Source: Minutocellus sp. GHC0000111
Taxonomy: Eukaryota
Direction: 5' to 3'
Length of the DNA stretch: 64,000 nt
Assembly: GCA_977018835.1 (NCBI GenBank)
Contig: OZ361260.1
Span: 2,480,001-2,544,000 of the forward strand
In this document: positions 10,684-21,707 of the stretch, piece by piece
Numbering within the stretch: position 1 is the first letter of the stretch
How the letters are laid out: each line of letters opens with the position of its first letter
The notes under the pieces: generated by a model
What the model was told of the DNA's origin: nothing
Database searches by the model: none
What the model saw: only the letters and a program-made list of their open reading frames with translations
Program-made: the position numbers and the translations under genes

Positions 10684-13106
10684 CACAGCACCATCTGCCA
10701 GCCGGATGACTCGCATACTTTTGGTCGCACTTTCGGTGGCCGGCCGGCGCGCGAAGCAACCGACCGGCACGCCCAACGCGAGCCACCATGGCGGCAAAAA
10801 TTCAAATTGCCGCCGCTACGTGCAGAACGAAGGCGATATCTCGCGCTGGTGTGGGAGAATTACGGCACGAGACCAACCAGGTACTCCCGACATCCTGGTG
10901 ATATTCCCGTTGGTCTCGATCCATAATTCTCCATGAGCAAAAAAAATAACGGCCGCAATCCCGCGGTCAACACCGCAGAGACACAGAACATGATTGCGGT
11001 GCAGGACGCCCTGGCTGAACTACTCGTCCGTCTTCGCAGAAAGGAACTTCATTACTACAATTTCATCGGCAACAACAACGACTCCTTGATGAATGTGTTG
11101 GGATGCAGTCCCATCATGTACGGCGCCGTCATGCACACTGCGGGCATCTTGGGTTTGAAGAAGAAGAAACACGAAGACTGCGATGTGTTTTTTGTGAGAG
11201 AGGACAGACAACCAGAGTGGATGGGATGAAATGGTATCAAGACACTGCCTTGCCGACGACGTTCAGCGAACCCCATGCAAAAAGAGCATATTTGTTCGCC
11301 TCGGTTCTATCAATCCTCGTGCAGCCGACGCTCTCCATGATGATGGATGGATGGCTTTCGACATGGTCACGGTCGAGCAACAATTTCGCCTCGAAATGCC
11401 GCCGCCGCGGCTCAATTTGACGAAGGCATGTAATGCATTCCTCAAGTCGGTCGCACCACATGTGTCGGTGGGATATGCGGCGATGGACTACGAAATCAAC
11501 AGGCAGATGTTGCTCGAGGCCCAGAAGTTCCCTGGTGGGCATGATGGCCAGCAGGAGGACGATGGGTGGGACAATGACGACGATGTTGGGACGGTGGGCA
11601 CCCTGACCACGACGGAGGCCGGCGAGATCAGTGAGGACGATGACGACAAAGACGAGGACTATGTGCCCTGTTGTGAGGAGGACGAAGCTGATGTTGCAAG
11701 AGAGGACGCTACACATGAAAAGCACACATGTGCAGCAGTGCTTTGAGAAGAATCGTCAGAAAAGCACGGTGATGGCGAGCCAGAGATGGGAGCTGTCGAT
11801 GATGCCGAGGATGACGATGCCCCTCACTTCCATTTCCTGAAAAAGGCCGGCATTGAGGCGGCCGACTCAGGTAAAATAAGGGCAGTGCTGGCAGAATGCT
11901 GTTAATGTTTCTGATGGCAACAACAAGAAGAAACCAAGGACAACAGAGTTCATCCACCACAACACCTCCACCAAAGGAACTCTCCTAGAGCACAATCGCG
12001 AGGAAGATGGCATGACGGATGACGACATCAAAGAGCTCTGCAAAGCTTGCTCTAATTTGCTCCACACTCTTGACGCAACATGTTCCAGGTGTTTCTCAAA
12101 TGGTACATGAAATGGGATGATGAGGCAAAGAAGGCTGTGAGAGAGCTTGAAGCATTGATTGCAAGTGCCCTCAAGCAAGCACGGGCAATCGGTGTTAGCA
12201 CAACGCCCAAGTGGCACTTACTCGAAGATCACATCTTGGACCAACACATTTGGCTAGCAGTGAAGAATGGATGGGGCGGCATCTATTGTTGGCTCGACGA
12301 ATCGTTTGTAGAGCGAGCCCACCAAGAGGGCGTTAAGGAAGATCGTCGGACTCAGGGCGTCAAGGGACATGAGGCCCAACAGACGGCGCAGTTCAAGGCT
12401 GAGGAGAGGGCATCCAATCCAATCCAAAGGTCGAGGGGAGGCGGACAGCATCGCGATTGAGCAAAAAAGTAAACAGCACACCCAAACAAACACATCACGT
12501 CCTTCTTAACTCACCCATTTATCTCCCAGACCAAAAAGTCCCTTTGTCGGGTTGATTGTTGCATAAACTTATCCCAACACTATCTGTCTCTCCTCGGGCG
12601 CAAAATTATTGTCGGAATTCCGGGAGAGAGAGGTCGAGTGGGGATGCGATCGGTCGGGATCAGCGAGAGTCGGTCATACGGGGGGTGCGGCGCAATCCCG
12701 GCAGTTTATCATCAACAACAACGTGGGAAAGTACCAGAGGGTCTGGGGCATCACAACGGGAGCACGACGAGCACAAAGACGGAGCAATGGCACCACCCCA
12801 GAGAAACGAACGGCCGGCCGACAGATGGAGGAAAAGTGGGCCGATGGTTCGTGGCGTTGATACGCAGCGGAGGCCAATCTGAGGATACAGTAAGCTTCAA
12901 CTATATCCAAACATGATAATGAATGCGTATTTGGTACGAAAATATAGTTATACGCCGGCGCAACGCCGACGGACCACCATGGTGTTGGACGGTCAAAGAA
13001 TGGGTGACGAACGAGATTGGGTTTTGGTGGGTTTCTTCGTGACGTGTTCGTCTTCTGCCGAAAAACGCTTCATCCGACCGGCGAAACAAGACGAGATGGG
13101 GCTGTG
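10684..13106 (+). mobile_element. DNA transposon copy 1 (Chapaev/Transib-like, internally deleted, degenerate)
   Basis: TIRs CACAGCACCATCT / AGATGGGGCTGTG (12 of 13 match). Near-identical to 40271-42884 with the same boundaries. Broken transposase ORF 10933-12460 contains TPKWHLLEDH...DESFVERAHQ. Confidence 0.85.
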
Positions 13107-13154
13107 TACGCATAGCCTCTCACTCATTTTTCGTTTCATGAAGCCACCGATGCG

Positions 13155-14000
13155 ATGAGCGGCACTGGCACCGGCAAAGGCTCCCGCCAGCAGCCAAAGG
13201 GCGACATTCCACCTGCTCACTTTGTGGCAAGTGCCTTGCAGCTGGGTATCTTTCCAAAAAGCGTGCAGGTTCCGGAGGAAAAAGGCGCCAAAGTCCAACC
13301 CGAAGAGAGGGACGGTATCAACGGTGCTGCTGGCAAGTCGTCCTTTCCTGTAGCTGTGGGGTCCAATTCCAGCACATTTGATCCCATCAAATGTACCGAT
13401 GGCGCATTGGATGCACTCAAGCAGTGTCACGCGGAGTTCTTGGTCCTCCTGGCATCGGAACTGGCGGCGGTATCCGAAGGTGATGGGAATGATGACAGCA
13501 ATGGACATACTCGCAAGAAAAAGAAGGATGCGAGTGCCGATAATATCAGTGGTAATATTAGTGCAAGCACTGGTTCAAAAGATGGGAAAGGCGCGGCAAA
13601 ACGTGGCGCTACAAAGCGCCCACGAAATGATGCAGCGAAATCTTCCGCTTCAGCTGATGCAGAGATCACACTTGACGCAGATACCGACGCGCTGTCCAGA
13701 ATACTGACCGAAAAGGACGTCATGGCATGCATGGAGCGCTTGGGCATGAGCCGCATCGCTGCAATGGCAATGGAAAATATTGAGCAGTGGAATGGTCGTA
13801 AAAAGTCGGCAACTAGTAGTATTGGTGGTGGCAGCAGTGCATCCAAGTCCGTCGCCAAGAAAGCGAAGAAGCTCAAAATGGGCTTTCGGGACAAGGATGT
13901 AACAGCGGAAATGATTGCCGAACAGGAGAGATTGCTGGCCGAAAGTGCTCGTGCCATGAAAGAACGTGTGCAACAGCAGAGAGAGGGCCCATTTTCATAA
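13155..14000 (+). CDS. Histone-fold protein, NC2beta/Dr1-like
   Basis: KCTDGALDALKQCHAEFLVLLASE...ILTEKDVMACMERLG...EMIAEQERLLAESAR resembles the NC2beta helices, with a long low-complexity insert. Confidence 0.6.
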   Translation: MSGTGTGKGSRQQPKGDIPPAHFVASALQLGIFPKSVQVPEEKGAKVQPEERDGINGAAGKSSFPVAVGSNSSTFDPIKCTDGALDALKQCHAEFLVLLASELAAVSEGDGNDDSNGHTRKKKKDASADNISGNISASTGSKDGKGAAKRGATKRPRNDAAKSSASADAEITLDADTDALSRILTEKDVMACMERLGMSRIAAMAMENIEQWNGRKKSATSSIGGGSSASKSVAKKAKKLKMGFRDKDVTAEMIAEQERLLAESARAMKERVQQQREGPFS

Positions 14001-14208
14001 CAAAGAGGGAAGCACTCGAGCTCGAGGGAAACACACATCATGGTTTGTATTGTAAATGAATCTTTTTCATTTATTCTAACTTCTATCTAGCGACGGAGTT
14101 TAAGAGCACGTGGAGTGTTTCACCAATCGCATGCTAACGCATATACAAAGTCTGCAACTGTAAATGACGTATTCGCCTCACACCTGGCGGCACCATACCA
14201 CATATTGC

Positions 14209-16309
14209 TTAGTCAAGGGCCGGGTTTGCCTCAAAGTTCTTGACTGCAAAGCTCGATGCGCAACCGCATGCACTTTCGCTGATGGGGTTGTTCACGACGG
14301 CAAAGGACGATCGGATCATCTCCTGGACAAAGTCGATGGTAGAGCCTCGCAATAAATCCAGCGAGGTCTTATCGATGACAACTCGAGCTCCATCCTTGGT
14401 AAAAACGATATCATCCTCAGGATCAATCCCAGTCATCTCGTCTTCATCGTCATCATCGTGCGCCGAACTTCCCTCCTCTCCAGCATCGTCAGTCTCCAAC
14501 TCAAATCTGTGGTGTAGATATGATGATGATCAGAGGAAAATAGAAATATAGGATCAGTGGATAGTTTTTTTCGTGAGCGAGATTTGAAAAGCCGCTGTTT
14601 GTTTTTATTTTCAAAATAGGAGAAAGTTAAGTAGTACATGGTGAGTTTGAAACCGTTGCCATTTCTTCTTCTGTCTCGCCTCCCCCCGAACTATCATGGG
14701 AACCACCTGCGCTGTTGCCAGCTGCACCGTTGCACCCTTTGTCGCAGGCGCGACGACCAGTTGCTTCGACCTGCTCTGCAAGCACCACGTCTTGCAGCTG
14801 TGGAAGCGTTATATCGATGCTAAACGAGGCGGCGTCCCGAACCCCGTGTACGACGTCCAGAGCGAAGAGGACTTCAGGCGCCTGAAGATCCTGCCCCTCA
14901 ACTCCCAATCCCAGCGGCTCAGAAATTTGAGCCCTGTCCTCATGTTCCGTCCCGGGACGGAACTGGCCACGATCAAGCAGGCTGCTCCTATCATTACCGC
15001 TGCCGTTGAGGGGCGCAAGAAGAGGGTCAAGGCCAACAACGACGCCAAAGCCGCCGAGGTGGAAGAGACGATCGCCGCTGCTGGTGAAATGGTTGACCTC
15101 AGCAAAGACGAGATTCAGAATGGGTGCCGCGCTATTGCCACGATCAACAACAAGATCGTCGATCCCAACGAAGACCTTGTCAGCATTAGCAAGGTCAAGG
15201 TCATCCCTGTCCCGGAGGGTCGAAACAAGGTGCAGGCGAACGAAAGCACGCGCAAGTACCGCTATCCCGATGCAGCTCTCCTACTGGATGATGCTGGGGG
15301 TGTGCCTCATGTTGATCCCAACTCCAACGAGATTGCCACGGTCGAGGTCGATACGATCAAGGAATTCAGGCAGGAGGTAGCATCGTTCCGCAGAAACGGT
15401 GGTGCCGAGGTGCTGCTTGTCTCGATGCAGCTGTGCAAGGAGACGACAACCAACAGCGCTCGCAAGCTTGAGAAGATGGGGCAGAACTTGTTCACCAGCA
15501 ACAACATCCCCCCCTATCATACGGAGGATGACGTCTACCGTAAGGGCAATTCGGCAGATCCGGCGGCGGTGACCATTACTGTTGCTGTGGGAGCACTGGA
15601 GTCAGTTCGCACGGGGCCATTCTACTTCAGCTCCTCTGTCCCATCCTTTTTTGAGCGTCGGATGAAGAAGTACTACAGCTGGGCCCGTGATGATGACCTT
15701 TGGCGTGATGAGGCGACGAGCGCTAGGCAGAGGAAGTTGGAATATGCTCGTGCTAGAAACGCGGCGAGGGCTGCCAGGAAGAAGGCCAAGACCGCCGCAT
15801 AGATAAAGAACAAGGCGATAAATAATAGACACCAAATACAACAAAAGCAGCAGTACGTACTTATATTCGAACCCCGAGCAGCCCCCAGCATCAACGTATA
15901 GGCGAAGATACAAGCTATCGCCACCATCCGGTCGCTTGGCTGCCAATCGCTTGATTTGCTGGGCGCAGCTAGCTGTGATAATTATGTCCTCGTCGCCACT
16001 CGTGCTCGTATCATCAGAAGAAGATTGAGTGACAGTCACCTGGGGAGGTGGTACAGGTGCCGAGCCGGCCTCGGTCTTTGTAATGGTTACCATTGACCTG
16101 GCATTTGATCGGCGGTGATGCAATAAAGTCACGCTGGCTTTGGATGATGACTGAACATTGCGAACAATGGCATGCGTTCTTACTGCCGAATGACGAAGAG
16201 GAAGGGCATTGCATCTCTGGCGTGTTGCTGTCGACGCCGCTGTTCCAAGGAATGAAGATACCGCTCGAGAGACCGGAGAGCGGCAAACTGTCGAGGAAAT
16301 GGACGCCAT
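14209..16309 (-). CDS. ISCA2: Mitochondrial A-type Fe-S cluster assembly protein ISCA2 (exons 16309-15861 and 14506-14209)
   Basis: LRLYVDAGGCSGFEYK|FELET...VVIDKTSLDLLRGSTIDFVQEMIRSSFAVVNNPISESACGCASSF. GTACGT donor at 15860 and ACAG acceptor at 14507 join in frame. Ser/Arg-rich presequence. Confidence 0.92.
14696..15802 (+). CDS. 368-aa hypothetical protein nested antisense in the ISCA2 intron
   Basis: Long intronless ORF with GC3-rich codons, N-terminal C-x4-C-x12-C-x4-C-x-HH and a basic C-terminal tail. Confidence 0.75.
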   Translation: MGTTCAVASCTVAPFVAGATTSCFDLLCKHHVLQLWKRYIDAKRGGVPNPVYDVQSEEDFRRLKILPLNSQSQRLRNLSPVLMFRPGTELATIKQAAPIITAAVEGRKKRVKANNDAKAAEVEETIAAAGEMVDLSKDEIQNGCRAIATINNKIVDPNEDLVSISKVKVIPVPEGRNKVQANESTRKYRYPDAALLLDDAGGVPHVDPNSNEIATVEVDTIKEFRQEVASFRRNGGAEVLLVSMQLCKETTTNSARKLEKMGQNLFTSNNIPPYHTEDDVYRKGNSADPAAVTITVAVGALESVRTGPFYFSSSVPSFFERRMKKYYSWARDDDLWRDEATSARQRKLEYARARNAARAARKKAKTAA

Positions 16310-16783
16310 TTGTCTCTTAGTATTGGCAGGTGTGGTAGTGGAAGGCAGTATTGGTATGTTGCGTTGGTCAAATCCCAAGTTCCGGCGAAGAAGCACGAAG
16401 AAGGAGCGACGGGCGACGGACAGACACAACACAAATTCTTGGCTGACTTGGCTGGCTGGTTGCTGGCCGCCTCTCTGCCTCTCATTCATGCAACCTCGCC
16501 GACCAAGAAGAACGAAGTCGCCCAAATATACAATTGTAGGACAAAAAGGAATTCTATCTACTATAAAGTAGCTTCTGTAAGCTTCTAATAGTCTGCCATG
16601 AGCCGGTCAAGCAACCGTCTCCAGTCCACGACCTCTCAACCGACCGGGGGGCATCATATCTGCTCCCCTGCAGCAATCAAACAATCGTCCTTTCTTCTTT
16701 CTTTCTTTCTTTCTTTCCTTCCTTCTTCTTTCTTGCTCGCGCTGCTCTGCCTTTTCACGCGAATCTATATGACTACTCCTCAC

Positions 16784-17770
16784 TTATTTCCCATCTTTGG
16801 TCTGCTCGCAATCATCGTCGTCATCTTTCGGTACATCTCGTCCAAGCGCCCTGTGGATCCTGGGGACGATTGCAATCGAAAAACCAAGCCGGATAGGTTC
16901 CGTAAATTTGGTCGCAATCCAAGCAACGCCAAGATTTGCCGTGTGGGGATTTTCCGCCACAGCATCGGCATATGGCTTGGTAAATTCATACTTTTGCATG
17001 AGCTGCACAACAAGGTCCACGGTCGTTTTGGTACCCTCGCCGTCTTCTCCTCCTCCGCCAATATGTATGCCTGGAATCCAGGAAACCGAGTCCATCAAGG
17101 TGGCGGGATCCATAAGACCGGAATCGATCCCTGCAAAGAGGGCTCCGAGCGTACCAAAGTACACGCTGAAGTAGGTCCCCAGGAAGGTGTAGCCATACTT
17201 TTGGATCATGTCCCGAACGCCGATGGCTCCCTTCTTCGCGGCCGCCCGGCCCTTTTGACGGGCCGAGTTAAGCCTGCTTTTCTTGGCGTCTTCATCATCT
17301 TTGGCTTGGCCAGGAGGAGCGCTGGAGGAGGAAAAGCTGGGGTGGGCGGCCGATGTGCTGGATCGGCTGGGACCGCCTTGGCCAGACGTGCTGAGCTGGC
17401 GCACCTGCTGAATCTTCCCACTTGTTGACGGCAGAATCGAGGCCGACTCCGAAGAGCACACATCTTGTCGCGCAAACGCGAGCGTCCTATTGGCAGATAA
17501 TCGTCCATTTCTGCGTAGTAATGGCAGCGGCATATATTGAAGTGATCCAGGTCTGGGTGCAGAATCATCTTCCGAGATTCTCGAAGAAGAATAAGGCACG
17601 GAAGAAAAAGACACCGAAGAAGAAGACCGATGATGCTGAGGTGGCGAGAATAGGCGTTGCCTTGGCAACAGCGCAGTGCGCGCCTCGCTCGCTGATCGGG
17701 CCGACTCGGAGACTCCTCCCACCAGCCTGCGCCTGAGCGGTGGTATTATCTTGGACGTCGATTGGAGCAT
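16784..17770 (-). CDS. DUF1279/FAM210-family mitochondrial membrane protein
   Basis: KYGYTFLGTYFSVY...AGIDSG...NLGVAWIATKFTEPIRLGFSIAIVPRI. Confidence 0.85.
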   Translation of the reverse strand: MLQSTSKIIPPLRRRLVGGVSESARSASEARTALLPRQRLFSPPQHHRSSSSVSFSSVPYSSSRISEDDSAPRPGSLQYMPLPLLRRNGRLSANRTLAFARQDVCSSESASILPSTSGKIQQVRQLSTSGQGGPSRSSTSAAHPSFSSSSAPPGQAKDDEDAKKSRLNSARQKGRAAAKKGAIGVRDMIQKYGYTFLGTYFSVYFGTLGALFAGIDSGLMDPATLMDSVSWIPGIHIGGGGEDGEGTKTTVDLVVQLMQKYEFTKPYADAVAENPHTANLGVAWIATKFTEPIRLGFSIAIVPRIHRALGRDVPKDDDDDCEQTKDGK

Positions 17771-18074
17771 GTTGCTTGCTGTTTGTGGGTCAGTCAATGG
17801 GTTGGCGTTTCTTCACGTGCCACACGGTCGACCTTCGCGACCTGCCCTCACGCGTTGGCGGTTGAAGAGAGGATTTCCGATAGCTAACGAGCTAATTTTG
17901 GTCCCGAAACGTCTTAGAAACAAAAAGATCTCCGCGACGAATGCGAAATCAGGCGAAATTTTCAGGAAGAGAACCTTGAAACCTGAAGCGGAAGCGATGT
18001 TTTCCACCCCTTCGATAATAGAAATAGCCACCGATAAAAAGCAAACCATTGAGCATATTCAAAGTCAAAGCAAA

Positions 18075-19940
18075 ATGACGAGCCACACGTTGCCTGATCT
18101 CATCGCTCGTCTCCACGCCAAGATACCAGAGGTCATTTCGTCTTCTTCTCCGTCGTCTGCTACAAATTCATTCTTGGGTTCGGTTTCCCTGCTCGGTTCC
18201 ACGTCCACGACGATCCTCGTTGTCATCCTAACATCAGCTATCCTGGTCTATCGCAACTCTCTCAAGCACAAACTGCAAGATATTTCCGTCCACCTGTCGG
18301 ACGGGACTATCAAGAAACTCATACCTCATCGTGGGACCACCTACTGGTTCGAGCACGATCGACATGATGATTCAAAACCATCTCGCGGCAGCAAACCCGC
18401 CAAGTCCTCCTCGGATATCAGTTCCACGGCGGGATCCGAGACCAGCGAACAGCGTGCCCTGCGTCGACAAATGACGTCCATTGGTCGATTCGCACTCCGT
18501 TCTCAGACCAAACGAAATCCCTGCATCGTTACGTTCTTCGTCGCCAGCTCCAACCCAAAAGGTCAGAGGGGCATAGATCGAGAAGAACTGGAGGAATTGT
18601 GGAGCAACCGAGTCATGGAGAAACACGAACGATTCCACTCGCGAATCTCGTCGGATGACGATCGATACTTTGAGGTGATTGACAAGGATGAGGCTCAGCA
18701 GATCATCGAGGTTGCACATCCATCCGTATATCGCAAGGAACTGGAAGAGCGCATCGTGAAGTATCTTACTTCTGATCTGGAGGTTGACAAGATGCTTTGG
18801 GAAGGACAGGTTTCCACCGGTCCACTGGGATCATCTGGAGCCATCAGCAAGGAGCAAATTTCCGACAGAAATCTCATAAATACTTGCGATACTGAAACCA
18901 TAAAATTGTTCCGAATCCATCATGCTATCGCAGATGGAGTTTCGATGGGTGTCGTGCTGGCGGATGCCTCCGATGAGGCAGATAAATTGGACGGATTGAT
19001 GAAGGCAGAAGTTAAAAAGCGCAAACGTCGAAATGAGCAGCGAAGTGTACTTGAAAGGGCGGCCCGCTGGCTGCTAATGATGGTTATGTTTTACTTTGTC
19101 GGTGGGATAAAGGCTGTGGTATTGCAGGCCTGGCGCATGTTTCACTCTATCAACCCGTTTGATGTTATCATTGCTCAATCTAAAACCCCCGCTGGAAAAA
19201 GAACGGTAGCGTGGCGGCCGATTGGGCCAGTAGATGAAATGAAGAAGATCGCCAAGACAATATCGAAGAAAACAACCATCAATGATGTCTCGGTTTTTCT
19301 TGTTACTGCTGCCATTAAGAGGCAACTCGCTTGGCATTATGAGCAGATGAAAGACAGCAATCAGAAGCTTTCCATACCATCTCACATCAACATCTGTGTG
19401 CCTGTCCACTTGCTTGGAGGAGCGCTTGTTGACCCTGCCACAGGAAAACGAGTGCCGGTTGGCAACAAAATTGGGGCATTTGTGGCGGCTATACCCACCG
19501 CGGAAAAGGACACAAAGCGTCCAGCTGCCGGGAGAGTGAAAAAGTGCTCCGCGGCTCTGACGGAACAGAAGACGACGCCGGCCCCTCTCATCGCCTGGGC
19601 CGCGGCCAAATTCTTCAGTGACTACGCCCCCCTTAGCATCGCAAAGTATACAATGAGGCATACCAATGGCCAATCGGCAGCAGTTGTTAGCAACGTGAAA
19701 GGATTCCCCTTCAAGACACATTGGAATGGAAGGAGGAACGAGTTCCTGTGCGCCTTTCTGCCATTGCCACCTGGAATACCTATTGGTTGTGTTGTCCAAA
19801 GTTATGGGGGGGAAATGAGCTTTTCTATTGACGCTGATAAGAGAGCAGTGCCGGATGCCGGGCAGTTTGCTGATTGGATGCTAGAAGAGTACGAACGGCT
19901 GAAGGAAGAAGTGCTTGATGATGACTACATGTACCGGTAA
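18075..19940 (+). CDS. Wax ester synthase/diacylglycerol acyltransferase (WS/DGAT)
   Basis: RIHHAIADG catalytic motif, TTINDV, GNKIG, VVSNVKG and SYGGEMSF. N-terminal TM helix. Confidence 0.9.
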   Translation: MTSHTLPDLIARLHAKIPEVISSSSPSSATNSFLGSVSLLGSTSTTILVVILTSAILVYRNSLKHKLQDISVHLSDGTIKKLIPHRGTTYWFEHDRHDDSKPSRGSKPAKSSSDISSTAGSETSEQRALRRQMTSIGRFALRSQTKRNPCIVTFFVASSNPKGQRGIDREELEELWSNRVMEKHERFHSRISSDDDRYFEVIDKDEAQQIIEVAHPSVYRKELEERIVKYLTSDLEVDKMLWEGQVSTGPLGSSGAISKEQISDRNLINTCDTETIKLFRIHHAIADGVSMGVVLADASDEADKLDGLMKAEVKKRKRRNEQRSVLERAARWLLMMVMFYFVGGIKAVVLQAWRMFHSINPFDVIIAQSKTPAGKRTVAWRPIGPVDEMKKIAKTISKKTTINDVSVFLVTAAIKRQLAWHYEQMKDSNQKLSIPSHINICVPVHLLGGALVDPATGKRVPVGNKIGAFVAAIPTAEKDTKRPAAGRVKKCSAALTEQKTTPAPLIAWAAAKFFSDYAPLSIAKYTMRHTNGQSAAVVSNVKGFPFKTHWNGRRNEFLCAFLPLPPGIPIGCVVQSYGGEMSFSIDADKRAVPDAGQFADWMLEEYERLKEEVLDDDYMYR

Positions 19941-20174
19941 CTAACCGGCCAAGAATAGAAAAGGTTGACTGAGTTAGTTGTTGCTCGAGACAGCACAAAA
20001 CCGCCATATAGCAGATCGAAGTGAGTGCCCCGGTAGATTCCGGTAAAAATACATGTAGACTGAGACAGCATCTTGATTCATCTAGGAATCCTACCGATTC
20101 ATTCGATTCAAGTCCATACCGTAGACGGCCAGACTGTACATACCGCAAAACGCCTCATTTTTGCACCCTTCACC

Positions 20175-21497
20175 ATGATGACCAGCTCAGTCCAAGCCGC
20201 CTTACGGAGATACACTTGCGCAACTGCCCTGTTGGCGTGCTCGTCGCCCCTTCCTGTTGGCGGTTTCATTCTTTCTTCCCATCGTGGTATCCGCAACATC
20301 TCAAATGGCCCAACGAGAAATCACTGCGTCTCCTGCTCGAGCTCAGCGAGAAGCAGCATCAACCCTCTCTGCCCCGCTCCTTGGTCTACTACTAGAAATG
20401 TGGCGTTACAAGCAAGATTGCGTCGGCAGCACACATTTTATTCATCTACACTGCTGCGATCATTTGCATCTGAGGCCGAAGTAGAAGCTGAAACTTTCCT
20501 GGACAAGACTGTATCGTCCGCCCTTTCCCATTCCACACAGCTATTCCAAAATCATGACATTCCGGAACCAGAGCGGAGTGCGGTTCATTTGCTCTCGGTG
20601 GCACTTGATATGGATTGGTCTAGGGGGTATCGGCAGCTTCTTGCCGTGATGGACAACCCGGCGATAGAACCTGCCCTTTGCGAGAGAAAGCTGACATTGG
20701 AGGAGGCAACCACATATGCCTCCATGGTCGAGCGACGAATGAAACACGAACCATTGCAATATATAATAGGCAGGTGGGACTTCTGCGATTTCACACTCAA
20801 GGTACGCGCACCGTGCCTATGTCCCCGCCCAGAAACGGAAGAGCTGGTGGATCATACCGTGCTGGAAGTGGAACGGTTGCTGGCCTTACGCAAGGATAAG
20901 AGCAAGGCTGTGCGCATTCTGGATGTGGGAGCAGGCACTGGCGCTATTGGCATTGCCCTTGCCAAACGCTCTGGCAACAATGTGGATGTGACGGCCATCG
21001 ATATCGACGAAACTGCCGTAGCATTGTCAAATGAAAATGCGATGGATATTCTGAGTCCTATCGGTAATTCTGGTCAGTATCGAGCGATTTTGTCTGGAGC
21101 TTCAGACTTTACCAACAAGCAATTGGACAAAGGAAGCGACAAGCACGTTTTCAACTTTGATGTTGTGGTGTCCAACCCACCATATATTCCGCGTGCCGAT
21201 ATGTCAACTTTATCCGCTGATGTGATTGACTATGAGTCCGATCAGGCTCTTTGCGGTGGAGAAGACGGCCTCGATGTTGTCAGAGATATTGTTGATCGGC
21301 TCCCGGAATGGTGTTCCGAGGATGGATGCGTCTGTTGGATGGAAGTAGATACATCGCATCCAATTATGGTAGGGGAGTGGCTTGGTAACGAGGGCAGCGA
21401 TTCGGGTGTTGGAGCAAGAAAGGTTGAATTTGTCGAGGGGGGCAAGGATCTATGTGGCAGAGATCGGTTTGTAAAGCTTCGTATTTCCTCTTCGTAA
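20175..21497 (+). CDS. prmC: Release factor glutamine N5-methyltransferase (HemK/PrmC), probably organelle-targeted
   Basis: RRMKHEPLQYIIG, PRPETEELV, LDVGAGTGAI, VSNPPYI and ALCGGEDGL. Possible signal plus VGG-F presequence. Confidence 0.9.
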   Translation: MMTSSVQAALRRYTCATALLACSSPLPVGGFILSSHRGIRNISNGPTRNHCVSCSSSARSSINPLCPAPWSTTRNVALQARLRRQHTFYSSTLLRSFASEAEVEAETFLDKTVSSALSHSTQLFQNHDIPEPERSAVHLLSVALDMDWSRGYRQLLAVMDNPAIEPALCERKLTLEEATTYASMVERRMKHEPLQYIIGRWDFCDFTLKVRAPCLCPRPETEELVDHTVLEVERLLALRKDKSKAVRILDVGAGTGAIGIALAKRSGNNVDVTAIDIDETAVALSNENAMDILSPIGNSGQYRAILSGASDFTNKQLDKGSDKHVFNFDVVVSNPPYIPRADMSTLSADVIDYESDQALCGGEDGLDVVRDIVDRLPEWCSEDGCVCWMEVDTSHPIMVGEWLGNEGSDSGVGARKVEFVEGGKDLCGRDRFVKLRISSS

Positions 21498-21707
21498 TTT
21501 CCTCTTCGTAATTTCCTCTGGCTAGTAATAAAGACCCAGGTTCTACATATAATGAAACGGCGAATGGCTATCATGTGCATCTAGCTTAGTTGGTGCAATT
21601 ATGAAACGAAAAAAAATGACATCGAAACAGATACGGAAAAAGAGGAACGAAAATTGTGTGACAGTTACAGTCCAAATGATACCGTGTTCCTCCTGCATTT
21701 TGACTTG

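Noticed and set aside
10684..13106. Classical fungal RIP (CA->TA) acting on copy 1
   Set aside because: It does not explain the many CA/TG reciprocal sites or the scarcity of TpA in both copies. It is disfavoured but not excluded without more copies.
15602..15860. C-terminal part of the 307-aa minus ORF as ISCA2 sequence
   Set aside because: It is read-through into the intron. The true C-terminus with the CGC motif is in 14506-14209.
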